A DNA stretch of 64,000 nucleotides from Octopus sinensis (lineage: Eukaryota). The DNA lies in assembly GCF_006345805.1 (NCBI RefSeq), contig NC_042999.1, positions 121,272,001 through 121,336,000 of the forward strand, in the 5' to 3' direction. A program made the position numbers and the translations under genes. This document shows, one piece after another, positions 41,599-56,076 of the stretch. The stretch's first letter is position 1. Every line of letters starts with the position of its first letter. The notes beneath the pieces were generated by a model. It saw only the letters and a list, made by a program, of their open reading frames with translations, was not told the DNA's origin and did not search any database.

Positions 41599-41774
41599 TT
41601 TATGTATTACATATTCCATGAGATAATGAGCTGGCATTGGGTATGGACAATACTTATGTAAGATGCTGCGATCGTAAAAAGCTTGGTTATCATTAACAGT
41701 AGAATGGTCAATGGGCATAAATTTGTGCACTGGATCCAGTTTTCTAACTTCTATTTTTGCAGCCATATTAGACC
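41599..41774 (-). CDS. Internal coding exon (176 nt, phase 1/0) of the same gene
   Basis: Acceptor TGTTTTACTACAG| and donor AAA|GTAAGT. Frame GSNMAAKIEVRKLDPVHKFMPIDHSTVNDNQAFYDRSILHKYCPYPMPAHYLMEYVIHK is open while the other two frames are closed. Phase matches both neighbouring exons. Confidence 0.88.
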
Positions 41775-44618
41775 CTGTAGTAAAACATAAACATAAGAAT
41801 CATGATTACAATAAATATATAATAAAAGCCAACGTTAAAAGAAATTTATATTATGTGCATGTAATATCGCCATTTTTTAGCAAATAATGTAGATGCAAAA
41901 AATATAATGTAATGCTTTAATTTACCATCATTTATGCAACAGCACTGCTTATTATTATTATTATGGGCTGTTCATTATTAAGACATTTAATGATCATTTA
42001 ATGGGAATGCTTACACATAAACAACAAATGGTGTTATTATAATAATTAACATTATCAACCCTATCAATCTAAAATAGTTTCAAAACCAATTAAAGAATAA
42101 GCAAGTTATATGGCTTTTCTATCGCTTTGTTTGAAGACTAATATTTACGACCTAATTGTTAGCTTAGATTTTCATTGCAATATGACAAAGCATCATTGTA
42201 CTGAACATTGTTAAAAAAAATTATTGTATCAAATAGTAAATATATGAGCAAGAATGGGAGAGAGAAAGTTAGAACAGAAATACTGATACTAACAGAGATG
42301 CTCTTGCTGCATGCTTCTTCTATATCCCAACCACCTCCAGTACACTCTCCTGTCCGTTATTTTCATGAAACCTCTTCTTATGGCTTCTCCACTAGTTACC
42401 ATTCTCTTTCTTTCTATGATGCACAACAACAACAACAACACCACCACCACCAATATCCCTCTGCTCATCTCATATAACTGGTTTAGTGGTGTATCTCATC
42501 TACTTCCTGCCACTCCCACCATCTTCATGACTCTTACTAACCACCTACCACAACAGTCTATTCTATTATTTCTGAAGCACTATTTTCTATTACTCTCTCT
42601 TCTGTCACCTTCTAACTGCTAAAAATATGTTCTTCCCATCAAACTTTCTCTTCCTTCAGCACCTCACCTTAAGCTAATCATTCTCTTTTATTCTCCTTCA
42701 CAAAGCAGTGGTGGCTGATCTATAGTCTTGTGAGTTACAAGTGACCTCACCTAAGCTGGTACCACAATAAAATGCCACCAGCACAAGTCAGGTACATGGA
42801 ATAACATTGTGTAAAGTGGTTAGTGAATTGAGTACAGACAACATAAGACTGAGAAGATTCTTTACTTTTGCCAAGAGTACAACAACACAATGATAAAATG
42901 CACTCATTACACACTTAAGTGGTTGGTGTCAGGAAAGGTACCTCTGTCTACATAAACCACACCAAAATCAAAACATGACTGAGGCATAATCCTTTAGCCT
43001 GTTTGAGGGCAGTAACCCCAAATAAGAACTGACTCAGATGGGACAACCAGTCCAACACATATAACGGAAAACATATACAAAATGAAAATGATGGCGATTT
43101 AAAACCACTTACTAATCCAGAACAAATATGAATATTCTAAATTGAAAGACAGTCACATGCCAAAGTTAGAATACTAGAAACTATTCAATAAAACAATTTC
43201 CATTACCATTTTTCTCAAACTGAGAAGGCTGAGACAGAGATTAGTACATCAATAAAAATGTAACTTAAGTGTATTCCCTTTATATCCATCATTCACAAGA
43301 AATTTTATTTTTAAATAAAAAAAAAAAATAAAGCAATTGCTTCAAATGAGAAAAAGCATTTAAATATTGACTATATAAAGTTATTTATTCTAAATAGTGA
43401 CAGTATTAGTTTTTGTAAGCTAAATTCTGTCTAATGGTAGAAAAGAATAACAGCTACAACTTGTCAGAATACATATTCCTCTATACTAAGGTAGCTTAGT
43501 CAAGCAACATTAGGTATATCTTTTGTTTATCACTAAGCTGTAATCCTATCTTAAAGGGTGGTGAAAGAATATTTTTTTTATGAAATGCCAGAATTCATAG
43601 ATGTTAAACAGAATGTTTCCCATAAAATAATAATGATAATAAGTGAAAGTTCATATTGGTAATGAAAATTCAGTTTTTGTTCTATTGTGGTAAAACTACT
43701 TACAACTTTTTTCACTATAATTATTACTTACCTGATTAATATGTGTAATAAAATCTGTATTAATAATTCAGATATTCTCCAACAATACTCTATAGAATAT
43801 TGTCATAAAAATATTTACATTGCAGAAATAATATATAAAAGAAAATAGTGTATTTTTCCCCAATATCTGAACAACTTTCAGTATAGCTGCTTCTCTTTTA
43901 TTTTAATGTTAATTCAGAGGAAGGACCTCCAGAACATGTGGGAGAAAGTGAAATAGCTATGTATAAATTGGCAACCTGGCATGATTACTGGCAACAGAAT
44001 ATTATACAGAATACCAAAGGACCGGATACTAGTGTTAAACCAAACAGATTGGTTACTACACAAGAATAAGAAAGATCCCTATGTCAGGCTGCCACACAAA
44101 AAATTATGTCCACGAAATTTCACACAGCCAGCTATGATAATAGGCATTTGCCCAAGGTGCTGCTGCATAATGGAATCTAACCTAAAAGCATGCAGTTAAC
44201 TGATTACAAATTGATTTGTAAAAAAACTAATGTTCAGGAGTTAGACAATTCCAGTTAGACAAACATGTTTAACAGTTTGCTTATAAAAAACCTTTTAATA
44301 TAGAAATCTGAGAAATTCAAAAGAAGACTGAAAAGTAATTAGTCTAAAAAATAAAGAAAGAAAAACAGAAAAACTGGGAGCTAAATATTATACTGGAAAA
44401 GAAAACAACCAATAGGTATTAGTATTCCTAAAATTGAAAAAGTTTAAAATGTTCTTTAACTTAAAAATAATTTTTAGTGTTTTCTTTTTCAATTTCACAA
44501 TAATTTTATTTCTTAAAATAGAATGTATACATAGGAAATATTTAAAAAATAATTCTTTGAAGGAGCAAAAGTAATTTGGAATTTTATATGATTCTGAAAC
44601 TGAGATAATTAAACTTAC

Positions 44619-44759
44619 CTCTCTGCAGATCAAAGGTGTTTTCATATTTCCATTCCATGTCAGGCAAGTAACGGACATCATGCTCAACATCTTTTACTTT
44701 ACTGCGGTCTTCTTTAAGAACATTACTGGATGTTTGGATTGTGGGTAATTCTGTTTTAT
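44619..44759 (-). CDS. Internal coding exon (141 nt, phase 1/1) of an uncharacterised host gene
   Basis: Acceptor TTTCTAG| and donor G|GTAAGT. Open frame xKTELPTIQTSSNVLKEDRSKVKDVEHDVRYLPDMEWKYENTFDLQR. Splices in frame (G+GG=Gly) to the exon at 41599-41774. Confidence 0.85.
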
Positions 44760-45425
44760 CTAGAAATTTATTAATATTTGTCAGGTAGTCAATATAGATT
44801 CAAAACACTTTTATGACTAAAGATCAGATTAAAAGATTCATTCAATATTTTTTATCACACTTTTTCTGTGTCATATCTTTTTTTTTCTACTTATACACAT
44901 CACACACATACATACAAAATTACAAAACACATTTGGTGTAAGTATTGTGTATTAATAGAAGAGGGAGAAACGGATACAAAAAGGGGGCGAAATGAGAGAT
45001 AGAAAAACAAAAGTGGACTGTAGTTCAACTAATCTAATTTGTTGGATCTCAGCTAGTCATCATGTGACAGAAAACAATTTCATTGACTACATACTAAATA
45101 GAGTCAAATTTTCAATTCAACCTGTGGAACTGTGGGTGTATACTTTTTAAAATCCTATACAGTGCTGATATAAATCAATAAGAACCAAAAGGATTTACCA
45201 AGAAGTTACATCAAATGACACCTCACTTGAAAAACTAACCTATAATTACCAATGTATCCGTAAACATAATTCATAAACCGATAGACATCATTAAGGTGTA
45301 AGACTACTAGCAAGACAGCAAATTTATGAAAATGCTGAAATGCTAAGTTGTCCTCAGTCATAACTCTGTATTGCTGGTCTCAAAACAAATATGTAAAATA
45401 GCTCCTTTCATACAATTTATTGCCT

Positions 45426-45464
<39 letters not shown>

Positions 45465-45540
45465 CTGTGTGTGCATGCATGTGTACATATGTGTGAGTAT
45501 ATATATATATATATATACACACACATGCATGTATACATAT

Positions 45541-46021
45541 ATAGGCTGCGATGGGTAAATTTCCGCCATTTTATATTTTTAATTTCGTGTTTATGCATTG
45601 TTTGCTTTTGATTTTTCGACAACACAATATAGTAGGGTCAGTCAGGCACTGTTCATGAGAAAAACAGCACCATGACACAATAAACTCTGCCAGAAATTTG
45701 GAAATGACATGCTGTACTGTTTAGCATTCATGCTGGAAGTTCCAATAAGAAAATTTCAGAGTGTTTGGGTGTCAATCTGGAAAGAGATGGATGAGTCTAA
45801 TGCTGAATATGAAGGTACGGCAGCTTGGAAAACACACTGATTGTTCTGATAAGAAAAGGATTCCTGAATTTGTTAGTGAGATTCAGGCCATGATTGACAA
45901 TAATACCAGCAAGTCAATCAGGTCCATCACCAGGAAATGGGAGAGTCTGAGTTTCTTATCAGGTAGGTAGAGCATGAAGACATTCAGTGTTCCTCAAACA
46001 AGAAGAGAAAGGGCCAATTTT
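45541..46021 (+). mobile_element. Tc1/mariner-superfamily 5' fragment (DNA-binding region)
   Basis: Begins at a TA run. Broken frame HAVLFSIHAGSSNKKISECLGVNL...PEFVSEIQAMIDNNTSKSIRSITRK resembles a paired-like HTH domain. No catalytic domain is present. Confidence 0.65.
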
Positions 46022-46058
46022 AGTATACGTATCTATATTAGTATTATTAGTAAATAAC

Positions 46059-46474
46059 TGGAGTTAAACACAGGTGTTATTCAAATCTTTATACTTCCAA
46101 CATATGTTTTTAAGAAAACATTGGTATTATTCCTGCGGGAATAAAATTATGCAAAACAATGTGATCATCTTGTCAGGGAAAAAAGAGAAACAAAACACAT
46201 CAATAAGCCATTTTAACTGAAAGTGATTACCGCACATATCATGAAGGTAATGCTGACAAGTTATTTTTTATAAAATCTTCCCAGTGTTTCCTTCATCATA
46301 TACGGGACAATCACATTTAGTTAAGATGGCTTATTGCATTTTGTTTCTCTTCTTTCCTGACGAGATGATTACATTGTTTTACATCAATTTATTCCCAAAG
46401 GAATATTACCAATATTTTCTTCGAAACATATGTCGGAAGTATAAAGATTTGAATAACACTTAAGTTTAACTCCA
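46059..46474. repeat. ~415-bp imperfect palindrome (foldback MITE-like)
   Basis: Left arm TGGAGTTAAAC...GTGTTATTCAAATCTTTATACTTCC pairs with right arm GGAAGTATAAAGATTTGAATAACAC...GTTTAACTCCA. Pairing continues to the centre near 46270. Confidence 0.88.
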
Positions 46475-46497
46475 TTTCTTTAATTATTTATATATAC

Positions 46498-46541
<44 letters not shown>

Positions 46542-46606
46542 TATATCTATGTATATACACAACACACACACATATATATATACATCTCTATATAGGTATA
46601 CGTATA

Positions 46607-46638
<32 letters not shown>

Positions 46639-46837
46639 CAGGTACAGTACATCTAGATATACACACACATATATATACATATAGATACACACATATATAT
46701 ATATACATACATATACATACATGTATGTATATATACATGTAACTATATATACATACATATACATACATGTATGTATATATACATGTAACTATATATACAT
46801 ACATATACATACATGTATGTATATATACATACATATG

Positions 46838-46888
<51 letters not shown>

Positions 46889-47014
46889 ATACACATAAAC
46901 ACACACACACACACACATATATATGCTACATATAAACACACACACGCACCATATCTTCTGCAGAAACCCCTTTTCACTCTACTTTTAGATTACTCAGCAA
47001 CAATAGTAACATTG

Positions 47015-47325
47015 AGGGAGTGAGCTGGCAGAATCATTAACACACTGGAGAAAATGCTCATTCGTTATTTTGTTGTGAGTTCAAATTCCAGCAAGGTCAA
47101 CCTTGCCTTTTATCCTTTTGGGGTTAATGAAAAAAGTAGCAGCTGAGAACTGGGGCTGATGCAATTGACTAGCCACAACTCCAAAAATTTCAGGCCTTGT
47201 GCCTACTGATAAAAGGATTATTAACATTGATTTATTATTATCTTCATTAAGGTGGCAACCTGGTATTTCTTTTTAGCACACCCACTTCCCTTAAAGCTGC
47301 TGGCCTTGTGCCAAAATTTGTACCT
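47015..47325 (+). mobile_element. tRNA-derived SINE plus adjacent internally deleted copy
   Basis: GTGAGCTGGCAGAATC, B-box GAGTTCAAATTCC, GCCTTTTATCCTTTTGGGGTT and GGCCTTGTGCC. Same family as the copy at 27459. Confidence 0.7.
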
Positions 47326-50300
47326 ATTATTAATATAGCCATATTATCTAACTGAAGAGTAGTTGGACTGAACTAAGTGCATACCATACTGGATGTTGAA
47401 TTACTGATGAAAGCTAAAATACATTTTATGGTTTATTAACTTCACATAAAGAATACAACAAACAACCCTACCATCTCTATAAAGAAGAATTAATATAAGA
47501 ATAACATGCTACCAAATAGAATGATGAAGTGTACCAAGAAGTAGAAAGGATAATTATGAGTAACCTAAGCATAGTAGAAATTTGTAAATGATACATATAT
47601 TCTCCAGGCAGATCATATAAAATCTGTACATTACTCAATACAATTCACCATGGAGAAATAATGAGCAAGTACTAATCCTTGATATAGTATCATAACAACT
47701 ACAAATTATGTGTTAGGTTGTCTGTTTACTGAAAACCAACAGCCACTGGGTTCTACTTCACTAAATCTAACATCACAGTATCAAGAAAAAAATATCAGAT
47801 ATCTACAAAGCCTTAAAACTAATCTATAAACTACAATAAGGCAAACAACATACAGTCAAGAAATTTGTAACCTAAAGATTACATTCAATGAAGAAATAAA
47901 ATTAAAATAGGGTGTGACTTTACTGAAAGACAAGACAAGCATTGTACAGATAATTTCAGTACAGGTCTCTCAATCGAGTAAAATCTACTCACGATTTAGA
48001 TGACTTAAAGAACTATATCTATAATAACCCAAACATATTGCAAAAGATTGTACAAAGCAGAAATTAGGCAGATCTTACAGGTGAGAGAAGAACATAAAAA
48101 TATCTTTCATCGATAGAGAAACATCAAAGTCATGAATAACAGAAAGGAGAGTGTAATGCACTACTTAGAGGTGTTCAAATTATAAACAAAGGAATACAAA
48201 AAGAAATTTAAAAAAACCCAAGGGACAATATGTAGAGTACTAACTGGAAACTAGCATAGCTTTCAGTATAATAAAGCATCCATTAATAAAAGAGTATTAA
48301 AAATCTACACTAGTTATTGCTGTAGGGGAGCAATAGTAAGTTAAAAGTAAATAAGCAAAGTATTTTCAGAATTTAAGTGTATTATTTGAGGATCTTCATT
48401 TGCAAGCATCAGTTCAGAAAATGTTTAGTATCATTTTATTGGTAAGGTACTAAGAGTATGTCAAGAATTCACTAGAAAAATAAAATTAACTTCCCTACTA
48501 CAAAAGATAACCTTCAAAACAATAATGATACAGGAGAAAAGTGCAATATTAATAACTTAAAATCTTACTACTTCTTGTAGGATATCATAATTTGAGTGAA
48601 TATTTCTCATGGGAAACATGTATGTAGAATATTGTCTAACTATTATTATTATCTTTAGAAAATGTGCTTCACATACAGTTAGTAGAAACTCATACTTTTG
48701 ATACATCTTTAATGCAAAACATGAATCTTAGTTATAAGAATATTGCCATTATATATATATATGAATGCCAGTGATTTTCTTTTTAAGGTAAGACAATATT
48801 TTGTGCTATCAATGAATAGCAATTGAAATAATAAGAACTTGAAAATTTATACAGAAAATATCATGAAAATGATTTAAATTATTACACAAAGAACATTTTA
48901 ATTTTACACTTTCAACTGAAAACAGGAAATCAACAATTGAACGTCTCTTATGATGCACTACTCGATTTATATGACGTAGTGTTTCATTTAGTTTTAAAAA
49001 CAAGTATATTACACCAATCAGTATTAATAAATATCATAATAGCAAAACAAAGAAAAGAAAATAACACTCAGTAAAATTACTTCAAAATTTGAGAAAAATT
49101 ATGAAGCAGATGTTAATATTTAATTTAAGCAAACAATGTATATATGAGACAAATAATATTTAATTCAAGCAAACCTCAGAAAGTCATGCTTGGCATGCAC
49201 AACAGCTTAACTTATGCAGCATTCAAATTAATTAACAAAATTAAAAGCAATATCAAATACAAACACAAGAGGTTAAAAAATATAAGGAAAACTATCTTGT
49301 ATTTACAGAAAAATCAATTTATTTTAACTCAGAATTATTTATAAATTGTGTTTATATGAAACAAATTATTCATACATTTAAAAGCATAGAATAGCTAGAC
49401 TATACAAATAAAAATAGAAGCTGAATTAATAAAAAATTAAACATGAATTATTTCTAATTAATCAATCTTCCAGACATCAGAGAAACACACTATGCACTAT
49501 CAAAGATAGCAAACCTGAAAAACAATACAATATTTGTGTGGAAATTCAATTTATAGAAATGCATTTCTTGTGCCTTATGTTACCATTTTATATTCATAAT
49601 TATGTATAAAGAAATCTATAGAAAACAAAGCTAAACAAGTTTATTTACTTTAATTAGATGTGACTTCTTTTTACAACTTAATGCAAAAAGTTGTTTATAA
49701 ATATACAATGTTAGAATTGCTTGAAAAAGATTTCTATAGTTAATAATGTATAACAGTCATATAATACTTATATTTTTCAGTATTTTACGACCGAAAAGAA
49801 CACAGGTATACTGTGAAATATTTAAAATTTCCCTGGGGCGTGCTCACTTAATAGTTAATCATACTGCAGAAAAATCTACATATCTTAAGTGTGACTGTTT
49901 CAGTCTTTGAAACATATTTCATGTTCCACTTTCACTACCTGTTTGTTTGAAAAATCAACTTAGCACATGGGTTATTTGTCATGAAATATAGTACATATAA
50001 GTAATTAGATAGTTCCATTTGCAGTTATTATTAATATTTACCTTTCAACTCCATTTCTAACACTTGTATATGTACACTACCAATTAATTTAGTACTTAGG
50101 TATTTGCTACATAAAGTGCAACATAGTAAAAACTGAACTAAATTTTATTCTCTAAAATATACAAAAAATCAAATTAATTAAAAGGAAAAAATAAAAAAAA
50201 AAATTAAAGGGAAATAATTGACCTTCATTAGGAGTTATTTCCCTGTAATGCAATAATTTAATTAACCAATTAAATATATTGACAATAATATACATAACCT

Positions 50301-52707
50301 ATACCTAAACAAATCTTTATCGTAAATCAACAAAGTTCTAATTTCTATAATATCTAGTGCCATAATGCAGAGACAAAATGCAATAATATAAAAGCAAAAA
50401 ATAAAAAAAAGAAACTTTGAGACAATGTTTTGAACTATCAAATCTTGGATCAAGAGTTCAAATCAAATTGAGCTGTTGTATAACATTGTCTCAATCTACA
50501 ATGGTGGATACTTGGCTTTTCTGGAATGTTTCCTATGATACGTCAAAAATAATTCATTATCACTACATATATGAGAATTGATGAGAATTAAGCACCAACC
50601 CTTTCTACATTGTCTAAGTGAAATTCCCACAAAAGAAAGTAGAAAGACTCTTGAAATTGCATCATATAATGAAAAAAGAGTTCATCTCAAGATGCTGACC
50701 CATCAAAAACTAAATTCATGTGAACTAATAATTATATTATAGATCTAATTTGCTCAAAATACAATAGTGAAATAATTGTATAAGCAACAGCTGAATACAA
50801 TATCAAGATTCATAAAAAAGGGTAAAAAAAACACACCTAGGATTATCAAGTATAAAACCTGAAACTTACAAGGATATTCATTGCATATGCTAATAAGGAA
50901 CATCAAATGTTATAGACACTGATTGAATGATTATGAAAAAGCAGAAAGTAATACATATTTAAACTGGTATTATGATTAGGATATCAATTGGAAGGTGTTC
51001 ACTTGTTAGCCTGCTGCAACATACTCTTAAGGAAAAAAAATATAACATACAATGTCAATTTAACATTAGAAAAAAAATTGGCTTATAAAAGAAAAAGATG
51101 GGTTCAATAGTTAGAAGCAACTACAGCACAAAATATAAGAGAAAAAATGCAATATAATATGAGAAACTGGCACAAGAATAAAAATAAAAAACGACATGAA
51201 TCGCAATGCAACTCCATTCTAGATTTCAATTATGTCTAATTTGGTAAGTGAGAGATTTTATGTGGAAAAGATAAACAGAAAGAAAAAGAAAAATATATAC
51301 AGAGAGAGAGAGCTCCAACAACTAAGAGAACATTTTCGTTAATAGATTTTATGTCAGTTACACAGGAAATCTCAATAGTAAGGTCTAGTCAAACAAGTAT
51401 GAAAAAGGACCACACATGTTAACATGCACACACATATTAACACTCATACACAAAGAGCATGTGTGTGTTTATGTATATATATATACAGTTTATATGCACA
51501 TACAATTATGCAAACCTTCCTACTTTTCTTCATCTCCTGATTGACTTCAATTATCTCATTATTCCATCACACATACCCCTCCATCTCTTGTCTCCTGATC
51601 ACATATAAGCACTAGCAAACTATGAATAGTTACCACACATAACCAACCCTAATCACTTTATTTTTCCCTCTTCTTCACCAGCATTTTAAATGAGACACTG
51701 AACGGTCCATAGTCATCACTCTGTCAATCATGATTCTCATCTCACTACCTGTGATTACCACTCACTCAACCATTCCCATCCACCTCTCTTTCCTGTTTTT
51801 CTCTCAGTCCTGCTCTTCTACTTCAATAACCTCTCGTCTCACTGGCTATCTCTCTTTTAATGACTCTCTTTGATATCCCCTTCCACCCTTACCAATGTCC
51901 TTTCTCATTAACCACTAATATTAGTCCTATTCTTTTTTCATATTCCAATAGTATATTCTCCCCTAATAGTGACTATTCTGTTATTCTCTCCACTACCAAC
52001 CTCTCTTAACCAAATTGGTGTATCTGGTCCTCTCATCATTCTTAACCTCCTCTAATCATCTTGCCTAAATCATTGCACAGTTCCTTCTATTCTCCCTCAT
52101 TTACAGGGACACCCTTTTGCTCTTTAGTCTTGTAATTTGTAAAGCGACCTCACTATGCTGGTTCCACAAAAACAATGTAAATAAAAAAGAACCCAGTATA
52201 TTCTCTTAAGTGGTTAATATTTGGAAGGGCATCCATGTGTATAACTTTGATTTCCAATCACATGGTTTGAGGTTTAGTCCCACTACAGAGCACCTTGGAC
52301 AAATATCTTCTACTATAAATCTGACTGAATCAACACAGTGGTTGGAAAGAGAAAGAAGATCCTCATGTTTGTGTGTTAGTCTCCTTGCCTTGATATCATG
52401 CAGTAATAGTAAATAAACATCACTGACATACAAGTGATGTCAGTTGTTTCCAATCTTCCATGGAAACATGTCCTTCCACATGATTTGTGACCAAAGGACT
52501 AGGGGAAATATTTCATTGCCTCAAAACAGGTGAGGTTTCACAACATATACATGTGTTTGTGTGCATGTATGTGTGTGTTTAGGGTCTGAAGAAACACTGT
52601 AAAGCTAAATGCTTTATGGATGTGAAACCATCAATATCTATCTTTATATATTCTACTGCTCTGTAACTTAGTGTGTGCCTCTTTTTTGAATATATGATCT
52701 ACTGACA

Positions 52708-52782
<75 letters not shown>

Positions 52783-53895
52783 CTGTTGCAAATTAACAAA
52801 AAGAAAGTACTCAATAAAGATAGAGTTGCAACAATTTATTTAGGCTGATCCAGCAACCTGTTTCTTTGGAGTATCATCACTATGTAACTGGCTTCTCAGA
52901 TAAGTCAATACAATATGATGAATTTCCACTGAAGACTGCAACTTTAATTTTGCACCAGCTTTGAAACTACAGGATATACTCTGTGCATGCTTGCACTATA
53001 CACCTGACTGTCACACCTTCCACTTCATAACATACTCGCCACATTGCGACTCCAGTCCTATTAATATTGTTGTATAAATATTGCTTGCATTTTGCTATAA
53101 TCATTACTCAGTACCATTATTAGTTATTGTTATTATTATTATTATTGTTATTATTACTGATTTATTTTGGTGTTATTATTACAATTATTTTTTTTACTAT
53201 TATCACCTTATTAGCATAATAATAATCAATATTTTCATCATTACAAATTTCATATTATTATTATTGGCTGTGTTTCTTTTGGCTCTTTATGCTCTGAGTG
53301 CCCTAATGAGGTCAATTTTGTGTTTCCTACTTCTAATATTGAGAAAATAAGGCATCAGCCAAGTACCAAATAACTAACCCAAATTTGTGTATCTGGTGTA
53401 TGTGTTCCTCTCATCATTCTAAGGATTCTGAGGAACAAACACACCCAAATTTCAGACCTTGGGCAAAATGATTAGTACCATTTTTATTATAACTGGAATT
53501 AATCAGATCTGCTCACAGAAAAAATTTATAAATACATCTTTCCCTAAAATATACCATTGCAAGCGGAAGCGACTGTATAAAGATCTGAGAAACCATAATT
53601 TCGTCTTTTTTGACAATTTTAATTCTCACACTTTTTTTTTTCAGTATGACTTGTCAACCACCACTGAAATTAATGAACCTTCAACATTCTAACAAATTAA
53701 TATACAGTTTTAATTACAAACTTACACCTTCTGTTTTGAACATGATAATTTATCAACATTGAAACATTTTAATTTAACAACATTGAAACATTTCAGTTTG
53801 TCGACATTGAAACTTATAACAATGTTTTTCTAATTTTACACTTTTACCATTGATAAACAAAAAATAATGTTGAAACTAGTTTGGTATATATGTAA

Positions 53896-53932
<37 letters not shown>

Positions 53933-53957
53933 ATATATATATACATATGTATATATA

Positions 53958-55177
53958 TTTGGTCATCCCATAAATAATGCAACCTTTTCAATAGCATAAA
54001 AGAAAAGTCAGAGGGAAAAGGGATAAACTACTTGTTTCAACTTGCTATAAAAGTAGGTAGTAATTTTACCTTCTACCTATTCTTAGTCCAAGTTTTGAAG
54101 AGTACAGTTTGATTTTAACAGTTATTTTTTCAAAGCTATAATGGAAGTGACAAAGGAGCAAATTTTGTCACTTATCTTGCTTTACGAGTTCAATAAAGGC
54201 AAACAAAGCATTGGAAAGTGTGAGGAATATTAATGTAGTATATGGGGATTGGACAATAAGCCTAAGTCAGTGTCAATGGTGGCTCTGGAAATTTCAAGCT
54301 GGAAACTACAGCCTACAAGACAAGTCTCATCCTGAAAGATCTATAGAGCTCAATGAGGACAACCTGTAAACCCTGGTGGAACAAAATCCCATCATAACTG
54401 CTGAGGAACTAGCAGAGAAGCTTGGATTTGGTCATTCAACCATTCATTAACACTTGTGTGCCATTGGAAAAGTTAGCAAATTGGGTCAATGGGTTCTTCA
54501 CAAACTTTCCGAATCTAATCATGTGCAGAGAGTGAATGTGTGCTCTTCTGTACTGTCATATCGCACGAATAAAACATTTTTGGACCAAATAGTGACTGGT
54601 AACAAGAAATTGGTAAAAATATCAAGTGCAGAAGACAGTGGGTAGGGAAAGGAGAAACCCTGGCACTCTAGACTAAAGAAGGTCTTCACTCACTTAAGGT
54701 GTTGCTATCTGTTTGGTGGAATATGAAAAGTTTAGTCCTCTTTGAACTTTTAACCCCAAACAAAATGATAACAAAGGAAATCTACGGCCAGCAGCTTGAG
54801 TGGTTTAAGTCAGCATTAGAAGAAAAATAACCATCTTTGGTTTCAAGATGAAAGGTGTTGTTCTATCAGGATAATGCTCAGCCACATTCAGTGAGGATGA
54901 CATTTCAAAGGCTGGAGCAGTCTGAATGGGAAACGATGCCCCACCCACCATATTCGCCAGACATTGCTCCATCTGACTATCATTTATTCCACAGTCTTCA
55001 AAATCATTAGGGTGGAAAAAATATGAATACTGTAGATAAGGTCAGACTAAAGAGGGACCTTGTAAGTCTACCAGATAGATATGGAAGAAGAGTTCAATTT
55101 AAATTAAAAAGAAACTAGTTTATCTTAATTTTGACAAATAAAAGTATTAAAAATCACATTATTTATGGGCTGACACA

Positions 55178-55178
<1 letters not shown>
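53958..55178 (+). mobile_element. Near full-length defective mariner DNA transposon
   Basis: TIRs TTGGTCATCCCATAAATAATG and CATTATTTATGGGCTGACACAA, flanked by TA. Transposase from ATG 54141 with WVLHKL (canonical WVPHEL), IVTGNKK (IVTGDEK), QDNAQPH and PYSPDIAPSDYHLF. Contains multiple stops. Confidence 0.93.
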
Positions 55179-55247
<69 letters not shown>

Positions 55248-55324
55248 CATTTATATATCCTCTTACGAGGTTTTTCACGCTGACTACTGATAATTTCTTT
55301 TAAAGATTTTATCCTCAATTGTTA

Positions 55325-55383
<59 letters not shown>

Positions 55384-55479
55384 CAAATATAAAATACTCA
55401 TCTTAAAAATATAATATCTATACCGAAGTCTATGAGTATGTGACGTTCATTATATGCTTTTTTTTTTTAAATATCAGGT

Positions 55480-55727
55480 CTTCTCAATATGCTGTGCTTG
55501 ACAAGACCTGCTGAGTAAAGTAAAATCGTAGTCATGGCTGATGCCAGTGCCACCAGACTGGCACCAATGCCAGTAGCACATAAAAAGCACCATCTGAACA
55601 TGAATGATGCAGGTGGCATGTAAAAAGCACCACTAAACTCTTGGAGTGGTTGATGTTAGGAAGAGCATCCAGCTGTAGAAACATTGCCAGATCAGCATGG
55701 AAAGCAGATGTTAAATGGTGATGATGA

Positions 55728-55732
<5 letters not shown>
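55480..55732. mobile_element. Short interspersed repeat / LINE 3'-end-like fragment with (GAT)n end
   Basis: Tandem GGCAC(A/G)TAAAAAGCACC-type units, TTAGGAAGAGCATCCAGCTGTAGAAAC and a terminal GATGATGAT. Related text occurs at about 42740-43095. Confidence 0.5.
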
Positions 55733-55776
<44 letters not shown>

Positions 55777-56021
55777 TGAACATGTGTTAAAAGATGTTTA
55801 ACATATTTGTGTACACTTGAACATGGGAAGACCATCAGTCCTTCAGTAGTAGAAATAGTCCGATGCTGTCGTTCATAACACAAAGTAATTTTACATATGT
55901 CATGTAAGAGGAGAAATTTTCCCACAATATTACTTTTCACAGTGAAAGGTCTTCCCAGATTCAAGTGCATAAATGTCACTGTGCATGTTTATACATAATC
56001 CAACACTACTTTGAGTTACAG

Positions 56022-56076
<55 letters not shown>

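Noticed and set aside
44388-44690. 100-aa minus-strand ORF overlapping the exon
   Set aside because: It is in the wrong frame and runs through the donor into AT-rich intron. The spliced frame is different.
47880-48300. Possible very old LINE endonuclease remnant
   Set aside because: Too degenerate to recover diagnostic motifs by eye.
53081-53350. Hydrophobic 89-aa ORF resembling a membrane protein
   Set aside because: Produced by a degenerate (ATT)n microsatellite.
53754-53813. Three copies of a ~23-bp unit containing ACATTGAAAC
   Set aside because: Ordinary short tandem repeat with no further structure.
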